NCBI GenBank assembly: GCA_964247055.1
Contig: OZ176050.1
Location: 7,378,001 to 7,442,000 of the forward strand
Length of the DNA: 64,000 nucleotides
Reading direction: 5' to 3'
Origin: Paragordius varius
Taxonomy: Eukaryota > Animalia > Nematomorpha
The notes under the pieces: model-generated
Databases searched by the model: none
What the model was told of the DNA's origin: nothing
The model's input: only the letters and a program-made list of their open reading frames with translations
Shown: piece by piece, positions 26,113 through 38,058 of the stretch
Numbering within the stretch: the first letter of the stretch is position 1
How the letters are laid out: the number at the start of each line of letters is the position of its first letter
Program-made: the position numbers and the translations under genes

Positions 26113-26780
26113 TAGGGTTGTGCTGACCAAGTCAAGACCCGGTCAATTGACCGGCTCATGACCAGGTCATTGACTATTTATTTTTTGACCATGGTCATCT
26201 AAAAAAACAGCTGTTTTTTGAAAAATTGCTGATAAATTTTTTTGGAAGATTAATGGTAAATATATAATTTAACATATAAATTAATTATCTAAATATACTT
26301 ATTTAACAATAAATAATTGTACGCATCGTTATAACATAGCATTTAAGCATATCCAGTTACTTCGAAAAACAAAACAATCAAGCACTTTGCAAAACATGCA
26401 ATTATTCCATAACCAATATGCGAAAATATCTTATGATAATTAATTCATTATGAAAAAAAATGTAAAATAAACTAGGTAAAATTTAATTTGAATATCCAGT
26501 GTTAAAAGCTATTTATTTGAAGATTCAGAAGGCCACAACCATGTGGCAAAATTTGAAAACAAAAATCTTGTTTAATTGAAAATATTTGTAAATAATAAAT
26601 ATCAAAAAAATGTACAATAAACTTTTAAGAATGATATTATTAGTGAAACGCTAGTGTCGTACGAACATTATTTTCACAATCCAATATCACATGATATTTA
26701 CTTAAGTAAAAAGTGGTCTTGACCATGGGCTGACTGGGTCTGACGGACTTTTTTGAAAAAACAGTCAAATGCACACCCTA
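26113..26780. mobile_element. hAT-like MITE
   Basis: TIR TAGGGTTGTGC / GCACACCCTA, 8-bp flanks AACCAAAC and AACTAAAC (7/8 match), and subterminal TGACC/GGTCA repeats. Confidence 0.75.
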
Positions 26781-27094
26781 AACTAAACGCATCAAGATAT
26801 GCTATCGTACTTTAATACTTTGTCATAAAAATTAACATCATTTTTCAACCATGTATCTATCAAAAATTCTATTTCAAAATAAGTAGTTTCACCTTCATGA
26901 TCGGTAAAGCAAAAGAGACATCCGCAGTACAAAAGATATTCATCCAACTGGAAAATATCAAAGGAGGTGATTAATATCCAAAATTATTGGTCAATAAAGG
27001 TGGTGTATTCCCTTTCAATGACATGTATTTATAAAATAATGAAATATAGTTTATTAATTTATATGTTGAGACATATATTAAAAGTTTATTAAAT

Positions 27095-27127
<33 letters not shown>

Positions 27128-27498
27128 ATCCCCAAATGTAATATTTCTGCATTTTCACCATATCATATGAATACATATAGAGAATTTCGAAAAAGGCGTA
27201 TAATAAGTAAAGTATAAAATTGATATTGAGCCACAATTAAAAAAAAAAGACTGTCAGTTTTCATAAATTTAACTATATTCCAATATCCGCAATAAAAATT
27301 GTTTACTAAATAAAATTAAGAGCCCCACCCAATTTTTCCATTGGCTTTATATAATAAATTAAGGATGATTAAAAATATGTTTTGTTTCTTAAAATTTGAC
27401 AATCCTTTTTATTTTAAATCGCTGTTCTCAATTTCAAATTCTAACTTTACATATGTTAGGCCTAACATTTCAAACATATAGTGATTGATAAACACACG

Positions 27499-28229
27499 CT
27501 AGGAAGCGTTTAGATGTAACAAACGATTGCTATGTTGAACCAAATCTGTAATGGATATTCGGCCTTGTTGTTCAATAAATTTGGCCACTGCTAATAGTTC
27601 GTCTCTCGTAACGTAAACGAATTTGCCTCGATCATCAAACACACCATCTATGATTCCATCTTTTATCAATTGTTCTAATCGTTCAATGATATCCTTGATA
27701 AAAGTGTATATATATATATTGCCAGATAGCATTTATAGATATAAAGAGATATATTATTGGTTAAAAGCAGAAAATATTTTTTTACTATTGTTATATTAAG
27801 CTAAAAATATTGCTCTTTTTAATTAAGTGAGTAACGACGAGGGTTTGCAATGTAATTGATGATATGGAAATCGTCGTAAAATAACGTGAAAATAAAATTC
27901 AATTTATTGATTCTTATATTAAACTTGTCATTATGCGGTATTAAATTTTATTACCCAATTTATCCTGTTAAATAATTTAAAGCATAAATAAAATAATAAA
28001 TTTTCTGCGATTCGCAACGGGAGTGGCGAATACTCAATCACAATGTTAGGGCATAAAAACTCCACTGAGTAGATATTTTTTTCCATCACAATGTATGGGA
28101 AAGTATTTAGGATTTATATGGGGATTTATAAAAATTATATGCTGTTTTCGCTTTGGCACATATCACAAAAAATTCTTTTTTAAAAAAAAGCTATAAATAG
28201 TTTTTTAAACGGAATATATTGGGTAAACC

Positions 28230-28260
<31 letters not shown>

Positions 28261-29676
28261 AATATATGATAGCCAAAATAAAATTAATATCACCGCATAT
28301 TAACAAGTTTATTGGATAAGAATTGACGCCAAGTACAATTTTTTAGAAATATATCCTAATAAGTTCTTCAAGGACCCTCTGAAAATTTTTAAAATCCATA
28401 TCGATAATGTTTTGCGTTCAGAGTTATCCTTGTGGTACATATTATCAAAAAAAATTTCGTTGAGACGCTTTTATATATTGTATTTAATTTCCTTCAACCT
28501 AAAGTCGACAAAAATGCGATATTTGATTTTAACTAGCCGAAAAATTAAAATACTTTTATTCTAAATTGTCAACCGTATTTATTTTTGATATTCATTATCC
28601 TGAAGCTTTTAGCTATCAAACGTTATATAATTTATAAAGCACTTTAGCTGCGCACCTTATATACAAAGCCTATTACTATTTAAATGGTTAACAAAATAAT
28701 GTATATATATGTAAGATAGTGAATACACTATTCTTACCTTATTAAGTAAGATTAAATATAATATTAATAGTTAAATAATGCCGTTATATTTTAAGCTAAA
28801 TGGAACAGTCAATGATAAGAAAAACAAATAGAAAAGGGGTCATGATATCTATATATTTTAAAAAGAGAAAATATATAAATAATATAAAGGTCTACCTTAA
28901 CTTTAAGTTTAAAGCGAGAAGCCAAATCCTCCAACAAAACAATTTTGTTTGTCTTAATGTAATCCAAAAATTCTTGAAACATTTTTGAAGTCTTAAATAT
29001 ATATAATAAATATACTTCAGACAAATCAGCTTGTTCATTGTAACCTTCGTCCTCTATTGTAAAATGTTGCTTCCAAGAATTGTATTCTTCCTGTTCCTTC
29101 CTTTTAATTTCTTCCAATTTTAATTTTTCTTCCAATTCCTATTATTTTAAAATGTAATATAATTATATAGATTAATTTTCAATTATTACAATTTTTTCTT
29201 TAAGTTTACGGGCGTTTTCCTCTTCTAAGAGTTTAAGCTTCTCAAGTTTTTCCTCTTGCTTTTTCTTTTCTTCACGCTCCAACATTTCTCTCTATTATAA
29301 AAACATATTTTTTACCTCGCGTTGTACCTTCTTTTCTGCTTTCATTTCCAGTTTTCTTTGTTTTTTAACACCTAATTTCTTGGAATTCGCTTGCTCTGTA
29401 TCAGATGTCTCTGATTGAGATATATATGGTTGCGATCTTGCATTATTTCTAACCAAACGACTACTTAAAGATGACACATCGGTATTATCTTCATCCGTGG
29501 TAGTTGCGATGTATGAGGATGTAGTATCTACCAAAATAACCTTTAAACAAACCATTTAGTCCTTTTAGTAATTTTTTTACAAACCATGATGCAATTAGGA
29601 TGACTAGTGTGCATACTATTAATAAAATTTTATATATTGATGGATCAAGCGAAAACGCTGTATTTTCCTGATCCAT
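27499..29676 (-). CDS. DDRGK1: DDRGK domain-containing protein 1 (UFM1 pathway adaptor), ~283 aa, 6 exons
   Basis: complement(join(29553-29676, 29316-29527, 29190-29291, 29016-29138, 28896-28991, 27499-27693)) = 852 nt. GT-AG introns are 25 (alternatively 40), 24, 51, 24 and 1202 nt. The protein has an N-terminal TM anchor, KKLGVKKQRKLEMK, a coiled coil, EFLDYIKTNKIVLLEDLASRF and the signature GVFDDRGKFVYVT. Confidence 0.93.
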
Positions 29677-31008
29677 GTGGTTTGATGTTTGCAACAAACT
29701 AACACCGTATGGAAACTTCGGCAGATTTTAATGGTTTTGATTTAATTGTAATTTTAGTTAAAAAAGAAGAAAAAAATCGAACTTCTAAATGTGTATCGAA
29801 CGGGAAACAAATTAAATTAATACCGTTAAAGACCATTAAGGATTATGCCGGGTATGATTTTTTTTATTATAGAAAACATTGCCATTTACTTTTACCAAGT
29901 GCTAAAATTGTTAAGGATCAGGAGCTGTTACACAATTTAATTAATTTTATAATTCAAAGTATTAATAAAAAAAGTATCATAGTATAAAATTTTTTAGGCC
30001 CTAATAAAGACACTTCAATTACATCGAAGTAGATAATTATTTAAATTTTAGTGAGTTCGAGTCGCTTCATTCTTCCAATATATTAAATAATATAATGAGC
30101 ATGTTAACGCCCGAAGCTAAAATTAATTTAGCGAATCTCTCTAAGACTAATGCTTTAATTGGTAAATTTACGAGTTTTAACCTTTGTTTATTTATAGATT
30201 ATTTTTTGCGACTGTTAAACACATGAAACCCTTATGGGCTGTATAATAATATTTAAAAGCCTTTTAAAACAAAAAATTTAACCGACCATAAATTTAAAAT
30301 CATTTCCTTATCTCCTATAAACTAATAGGCTCATGCTGATCATCAGCACCTTATATATGTAATTCTACTTTTTTACTAGAATTTAGTGGTAGCCAAATAT
30401 TATTAAAGGGCCGAAAAAATATTTTTTTTGTCTCAAGGGCCATCCACCATATAATACCGATAAATATTTTGAATACGCAGATATTTATGTTTTAAAAAAG
30501 TACATCAAAAAAATTTAAAAAAATGGGGGCCATAAAAATTACTTTTACAGCCGGATGCCGCTGATGGGCCGCGGTTTGAATACCATTGCTATAATGTTTT
30601 AAGGTTAACATTTCCCATATACTATTTTGTGGATTTAAAGTCTTCTCATAATGAGCCGAATTAATTGTTAAATTATTTTAATATATATATATATAATAAA
30701 ACTTAATTTATAAATTATATCAATTTTCTAATTATTAATTACTATTATTCTACTATATATATATTTGATAAAATTGAGTTTTGACTGTTTGACGGTTGGT
30801 TTACAGGCACTAGAAACTAGTATAATGGAATCTTATGCTCCAAAAGAATATAACTTGAAAATCCAACCAATATTTCGAAAACTGTAAACTACTTAGTGAT
30901 CAGCATGAGCTCAATAGTTTGTAAGCACTATTTATTTTGTATAAAGTTCATTATGCCAAAGGGTCTTTCAGGTCCACATTACATCATAATTAATAATCTA
31001 CCATATAG

Positions 31009-31340
31009 GTTTGGAAAATTCTAGTGGTACAGGCATTAGTACAGCTCTCTCCACTAATTCGGTGAGAGAATCCTTGAACCATGTAATGGCTATGAAACGA
31101 TCGTTGAGTAAAGGCAATCAATCTACGGATGCCCGACCTTTTGCTTGTTCCTGGCCTGATTGTGAATGGCGATTTCCTAGCGTCGAAACATTAAGTCGTC
31201 ATTACAGAAAACATACGGGAGAAAAACCTTTTCAGTGCTACGTTTGTCAAAAACGATTCACTCGAGCCGATCATATGCGATCGCACGTTAAGCGACACGC
31301 CAAACAAAATAATAAGTTGGGTAAAGGGGTAAGTGAGTAG
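31009..31340 (+). CDS. KLF/Sp-like C2H2 zinc-finger protein with two fingers; 5' exons unresolved
   Basis: FACSWPDCEWRFPSVETLSRHYRKHTGEKPFQCYVCQKRFTRADHMRSHVKRH matches KLF fingers 2-3. An in-frame stop at 30987-30989 means an acceptor (31008 or 31024) or an internal ATG must be used. Confidence 0.8.
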
Positions 31341-32135
31341 AATTTTGAAAACAAATTATGAAAGAAATATTTTTGGACAAAAATTGACATAAACCATCTT
31401 TTTTCTGGGTTAAAATAGCTAGATTTTGAATATTTTTATAAGGGTTTATGTCACATTAAAATTTATTTATATCTATGATTTCATTGTCACAACTATAATA
31501 CTTTATGACTCGGGTGCTCAATAGAAAATGGTTTCGCGGGCTGCTGATTTTTTAAAATAATACAAATGTGCATTAATATATATTCATTTATACATTGGAT
31601 GTATTTGATAATAGCCTTAATTTTTGTTAGTATTGTGTTCATAATTGTAAATTATTATTCAGCTTTGCCTCATTTAAAGTAAAAAATTCGATTTAGCTCT
31701 CTTTAAATGGATATTAAAACAGTAAAAAGATTATTTTAACCTTAAATAAATGGTGTTTATTAAACAAAATAGATACAATTCCAAATTAATTATATGAATA
31801 TTAAAAATATATCAAAAGTCAAAATATATTTTTAATTTATTAAGATTTAGATAATATGTATTTCCAATTGTAAATTTTTGAATTTTTCTCGGGCGGTGAA
31901 AATAGTTAGCTTCATGGCATATACTTTTATTTAAGATGATAAACTATAATAAACATTAAAAACGCAATAAATGATACTGTTAGGGATACAAAAATAGGAA
32001 ATGGAATTATAAATAATAATGAATATGTATACAATTTTAGCCGCAATAATATTCACAAATCCGGAGCCTGTTATGGAATAATAAATCATTGTTGCGCTGT
32101 GTATTTATAATATAATATTCAAAATGTAAATATAT

Positions 32136-32168
<33 letters not shown>

Positions 32169-32649
32169 ATAAATTTTATGCTACAGTAAATTATATATAA
32201 TACAATAATCATTTAATTGTTCTCCAATTTATACTATATTTTAAATTGAACATTTTTCAATTGCCCTATCCAATCATTTTAATTTGCAAAGGTTTATTTG
32301 CACAAATGAAAAATTTTATTTATAAAGTTCAAGATTGATAATTATTTAAAAAATTAAAATACATTGTATCAAAAATAACTTATGTTTGCGATAGCTTTGG
32401 GGCATAAATATTCAACAAAGTTCTAGATTTAGGCTTGAGACTTGATTATTTGTATTGACTATAATACATGTACATTTAAATTTTTTTATAGGTTTTGTTT
32501 AGTTATTCAACTGGTTACATACAAGAATGTAGTCAGCAGATAAGATTAGATGCATGTGGTCAAGTCTCTTAATAAAGAAACCACACCCCCTCCCTCATAA
32601 TGAGCCTTTTTTAAAAATTCAGCGTTTATTAATTAATAAAATCATCTGA

Positions 32650-33332
32650 ATTTCATGCATTTTGGTTTTATGAGTATTATGAGCACACATTCTAAACGAC
32701 TACTTTGTGGGTTACATGAAATCTTCATCCCAAAATAATCATTTAGTCGGGTAATATATGAATGCCGGACATTTGTCAAACCATCATCTAACGTCTACTA
32801 ACTAGCTGTTCTGCGAGAGTTTTACCCCATTGATGAAAATAGAAAATAACATGCCAGGAGAGTACGACGGCGGAATAATTTTCCAAAGCGATTTTAGGGT
32901 GTTTTTCGCTCATTTTACGGATCATTGTCATGTAGTATAATCACTTTGCTATGGCCTCAGACTCACTCCCGTCGTTTTGGTGTATTTAATCATTTGTTGA
33001 CGGTTGCGTGGGAAATAACGGTTTCACAGGGCTCCAAAAATGCACAATGTGACTTCATTCCTGCCAGACAGAGTTCATGATCTTCATATCGTTTGTCCTT
33101 GGTGAACCGGCTTCAATGATTTTTTTCGCTCTGATATATTACAAAATTAAGTCGCTTTTCATCAACGCAAAGCTCATTTTATTGCCCAGTTTGGTCTTTC
33201 CCATTGCTCGTAACTGTCTACTGATCGTTTTTTGTACATGTAATGCTTCTGTCATTTGCCGTTGATTTTAAGCTGTCGTCTAATAAATAACTCTTGCTCT
33301 TCATCGCCTTCGTAGTTGTGTAAATTTATCAT
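32650..33332 (-). mobile_element. Decayed mariner transposase remnant
   Basis: Frameshifted minus-strand fragments QMTEALHVQKTISRQLRAMGKTKLG, ...KVIILHDND... and ...IIPPSYSPG... correspond to the mariner HTH, HDNA and YSPDL motifs. Confidence 0.75.
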
Positions 33333-33969
33333 AAAACATACAATGATGCATTATTTATAATTGAGGGGATAATAATAAAAACCTTTCACAGTGCGCAAAA
33401 AATAGCCTTATAAAAGATATATATTCTAATAGATAAATGGGTCAGTATTCTCATGGTGGTTTTGTTGGTTATAAGAAATTTTTATACCCTTTTTGGTGAT
33501 AGCTCTGTTTAAAAAAATCGCAAAATTAGCGCGTGCCAAAAACATTTTGGCGGATTACAGTATGCATTTTAATATCTGTTAAATTTTATAGCCAGTCAAA
33601 TGAAAGAAATGGTCATTAAATGTTAAAAATACTCTCCACAAAATTATTTCGTACCGCACATATGAAAGAGGATTGATGTGAGAACGTAGGCTTATTGTGA
33701 TGGATATTTTGTAATGCTAAATATTGAGAATATTATAACAATTTATGTTAACCTTTGAATTTATTGTTAAAACGTATTTAGATGCGTAGTTTGTGTTAAC
33801 CTTTTCATATTTCCTCAATTTGGATGGTAAAAAGAAATGTAGATTGAACACATAAAATATCATTTTTAAATTTTTTCCTGAATAAGATATTTTTTTACAG
33901 ATTTAGTAGAAATGATTAAAGTGCAGATTAATCTTATTTAGTGCTCTTTCAGACATTGGATGTTTAAGG

Positions 33970-34720
33970 TGGTTCTCAAAATATACATACAAGGAGTTTG
34001 AAATAGAGCCAATTATTTATCGAGATGGCCGGTTGACAGATCAATGCCTATGACTAAGATTATGCAGCTACCCGATACCTGATATTTTTAAATTGCCACA
34101 CGTGCTGTTAAGTATAGATGAGATTCGAAAAGAAACTGCGTTAAATCCGATAATATACAAAGCAATTAAAGGGTTAAACAACCATGTTATCCAGAACTTG
34201 AAAGGTTTCGTATAGACGAGTTGTTATATTAATATGGCTTGTTAAGTTTAAATGATCGGATTTTAATTCCGAAGCCCCTCCAAAAGGAGGTGGTGAGAAA
34301 CCTATACAGCAATCGTAACAACGTAGAGACCATGAAAGCGATGGCCAGATTGTAAAAGCCAGTAATCAGTGTGAATCCTGCCATAGTTAGCCGGTAACTC
34401 AACCCCTTTTTAGTGGGATTACAATGTTGCTGTGTGGGAGCGTTTGCATATTGGTGTAGAACCGCCAGTCGGTTATTATTGATTTTTGTAATCGATAGCG
34501 CCTCTAAATGGGCAAAAGGGTTTACTAAAAAGGTAACCGCACCAAATGTAATCAACAAGCTAGAAGAAAATTTTGCATCATTTGGTTTTGCAAATGAGAT
34601 AGTTAGCGATAACGTATCGCATTTAAAAGAGTATTTTAGGTCAACCTTAAGTAAGTTAGAGGTGAAATGTAAAGGTACCCCCTACCATTCTAAAAGCAAT
34701 GGGATGGTAGATGGTTAGTA
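33970..34720 (+). mobile_element. Decayed Ty3/Gypsy pol remnant (RNase H end, zinc-binding and rve integrase)
   Basis: Fragments LNDRILIPKPLQKEVVRNL...MKAMARL and FVIDSASKW...VINKLEENFASFGFANEIVSDN...TPYHSKSNG (ORF 34413-34718), interrupted by stops and frameshifts. Confidence 0.8.
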
Positions 34721-37700
34721 GGTACGATAAAAAATAAATACAAGAGAAAATAAAATAGTGCGATATCCACCCACGAAGGTTTTAACACCAGCCTATGGGC
34801 GTATCGTTACATTTGATTCGAAATTTCATATTCTTTATTGACATTACAAAATTTAAACCTATTGCATGGGAAACTCTATTTTATTATACAAATGATTTCT
34901 TGAGTAAATTTTCAAGACATCTTTTTGTCATTTATATAAAGCTCTTTAGGACACAACAATTATACGATGCCAACAGACTTCGATCATACACCACATTCGT
35001 TTTCAATAGATCCACACTCGCACCATCCCATATTCCCTTTTAGTTCAAATTTTAATACAACAATAATTCTGATGATTAGGCATAATTTGTTTTTCTAAAT
35101 TAGGTAAAATTCATTTTTAGAAAACTTCATGTTATGATGAATATAAACTTTTAACAGTTTTATATAAATCATTAAAAGTATATCAATATATTAGTCAAAT
35201 CATTTTTACCCCCTTTCCCAAATCTAAAAATTTGAAAGTTTTTAGTGACATATTTGACTTAAACAACTTAGGATTGTGTGCTCTATATTTTATACAATAT
35301 TAATATATGCTAGATTAAACCATATTTGTAACTACCTGTGTTTTTTTGTATAAAATGAGTAAACATTACCAAATAAAAACGAAACGCTAAGCGAATAACA
35401 AAATGCATTTAACGACTGATATTAGTTTTTCCTGATATTTTCTTAATATAAGGGCAAACATTGGATGGATCTATGTGTTGCTGTCCTGGTCGACTTTTTA
35501 CAATATTATAAATAATAGTTCTCCATAAATTACGGTTTTGTTGTGTTTCGCAAAGGTTGCATTGTTATTTTATGTCAGCTAGTTTTTTAAAAAACCGAAT
35601 GCCGGTTAGCAAGCAAAAAATGGGTTCGTTTTATAGTTTTAGAACTTTTCCAATTTATTTTTGATTGAATGGTTAAATTATAGTTTATTTTTTACTTCTT
35701 TTGTTTTTGTGAATATGAACATATTGTATACCATTATTTTGTTTAATAAATGCCAGGTCCAAAGTCATATAGGTTATTTAAAGAAGAAGTCAACGATAAG
35801 TACCCAGATGATTTTTTTACAGACACTTTATAATCGGACGTTGAAAAGCAAACCACACATATTCCCGCCAAATTATCGCGTCTTTTTTTATTATTCTAAA
35901 TGTCAAATTTGTGTTTGAAAAAGATTCGCGACATGCATCACTTATTCCTTCCTAAGAAAAAGGCTGTTATCAATCATCGTTTTACTGGTAAAATCATATA
36001 CATATTCTATTGATTAAAACAAAAATTTAAAAATGTGAAGTTCAATGCTGTATAGCTGCGAAGAGGTCGAGTGCAAGAGTTAGTGGATGATGTTTCAACT
36101 CATTTCCGGAAACAGATTACAAAGCCAGTATTTTCCATTTTTATAAATTGACATAAAATTCCACAGAATTCCACATCTAAATGCGTATCAAATAAATTCT
36201 AAAGCTAACATAGATTGCTATAATATTCTCAAAATTTAGCATTACAAAATATCCATCAAAATAAGCGAATGTTAATTATCACGTCAGTCCTCTTTCATAT
36301 GTGCAGAAATAATTTTGTGGAGCAGTATTTTTCACATTTAATAAACCATTTCTTTTATTTGACCGGCTACAAATTTACTTAACAGACAATAAAATGCATA
36401 GTGTAGCGTTTTTACTAAAAATATAAAATATATTATAAAAAGAAAAAATTAATATATCATATTTGGAATTCGGCTCTAACTCAAAATTGAGCTGTTATCT
36501 TGTGATAAACGCAAATAGTCCGAAATCGAGCGATAAGAGTCTTATATATAGCTGCTAAATTTTGACACCAAAAAAAGTTTTTTTAAAAATAATGATACTT
36601 TGCTGAAAAATTTATCAGCAAAATATGTTTTAAGATACTTTATGGTATTTTGCATGTTGAAAACGTTATAAAAACGCTGCGATATATAATAATTAGGGGA
36701 TGATCATAATTTTCATCAGCTCAGGTTTAAAAGATGTTTTTGTGTCTGAGGCGATAGTAATGTTTAGTATCGTTAAATTCAAAGTTTTTAAAATATCTAA
36801 AATGTATGTATTTCCTTTTCCAACATGATGTAATATAACATAAAGCCTTAAGAAATTTCGCTAAAAATTAGATTTTTCATGTATCCCTTTTAATAAAAAA
36901 CTTTTTTTTGATATACTTCTTTTCAGTCAAATGCAACATTTTTTCCAGCAAATGCAACATTCTTTCAGCTAAATGCAAATTTAATCAAACGCCATAGTTC
37001 AGTTATCTTTGATTTAAAAAATGTTGTCTCTTGAAAAAAAAGTTGGATTTGTTTGAAAAAAATGTCTCCTTGTTCAAAAAAACGTTGCGCTTGGTTATAA
37101 ATGTTGCATTTGGTTGAAAAAATGCTGGCGAAATGTGTTACTTTTAACTAAAAATAGTATTATATAATTTAGCTATGAGATTTTTGGAATGAACATTTTT
37201 TACCAAATAATGTGCCTTATTTTGCGATTTTTCGATATGAAGCAATTATTATAAAAAGGTAACTTCTTTAAATAACTTGCAACCTCACCAAGATAACAAT
37301 GCAATTTTTAAAAAATATACATTTTATCAGGAGATTTGTCACCCACCGATTTCGTCCACTGTTTTATCAAAAATTTTAGTTTATATGCAACATCGTACCA
37401 AGTTTCAAAATTTTTATTTTTAGAAGTTCCATGTTATTAAATAATAGCTATTCAATGGTACCCCTATCCTTACATGTTTGATAACTCAGGCTTTATAATT
37501 CTGTGCCAAAAACTTTATAATCTGATCATTATAATTTAATTAGATCAATATCAGGACGTTGTTTTAAGTTATTTAAGCTTTTATATAACAGATATGTAAG
37601 AGTTTTGCTTTCTTATACATAATCACAAGACCTGAAATTTCTAAAAACTGACGTAGAGAGCCTATAACCATAAAAGAAAAGGCTATTTACCGATCATCAT

Positions 37701-38058
37701 CCGAACTTAAATCAAAGCTCTTTTATTTTAAAGACGTTATTAAATAAAAATATTTTGATTTATATTACCATAACTACGTTATTTATAAAAAAACTGTCAA
37801 AAATACAAGAAAAAAGAATTGAAATGCGCAAACATTTTTGACATTTTGGCAACACAAAAATGTCATTTTAGTCACAATTCATAGGTATGACATACAAAAA
37901 CAAGGTTGTCATTTGATTTATCATTGACGATAAAAATATTCAATCAATATTTTGGTAATAAGCATTAATTGCCAATATATATAAACAGAACTGAATTAAC
38001 ATTTGTAATAAAGGATATTTATTTCTTAAAATTTTTTAATAATACAGATATTTCGATA

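Noticed and set aside
25570-27030. Coding-looking minus-strand fragments (DEYLLYCGCLFCFTDHEGETTYFEIE; MFNMESPFYLLCIRLIDG)
   Set aside because: Could not be joined into a consistent spliced model or assigned to a family. They may be decayed element sequence or chance in AT-rich DNA.
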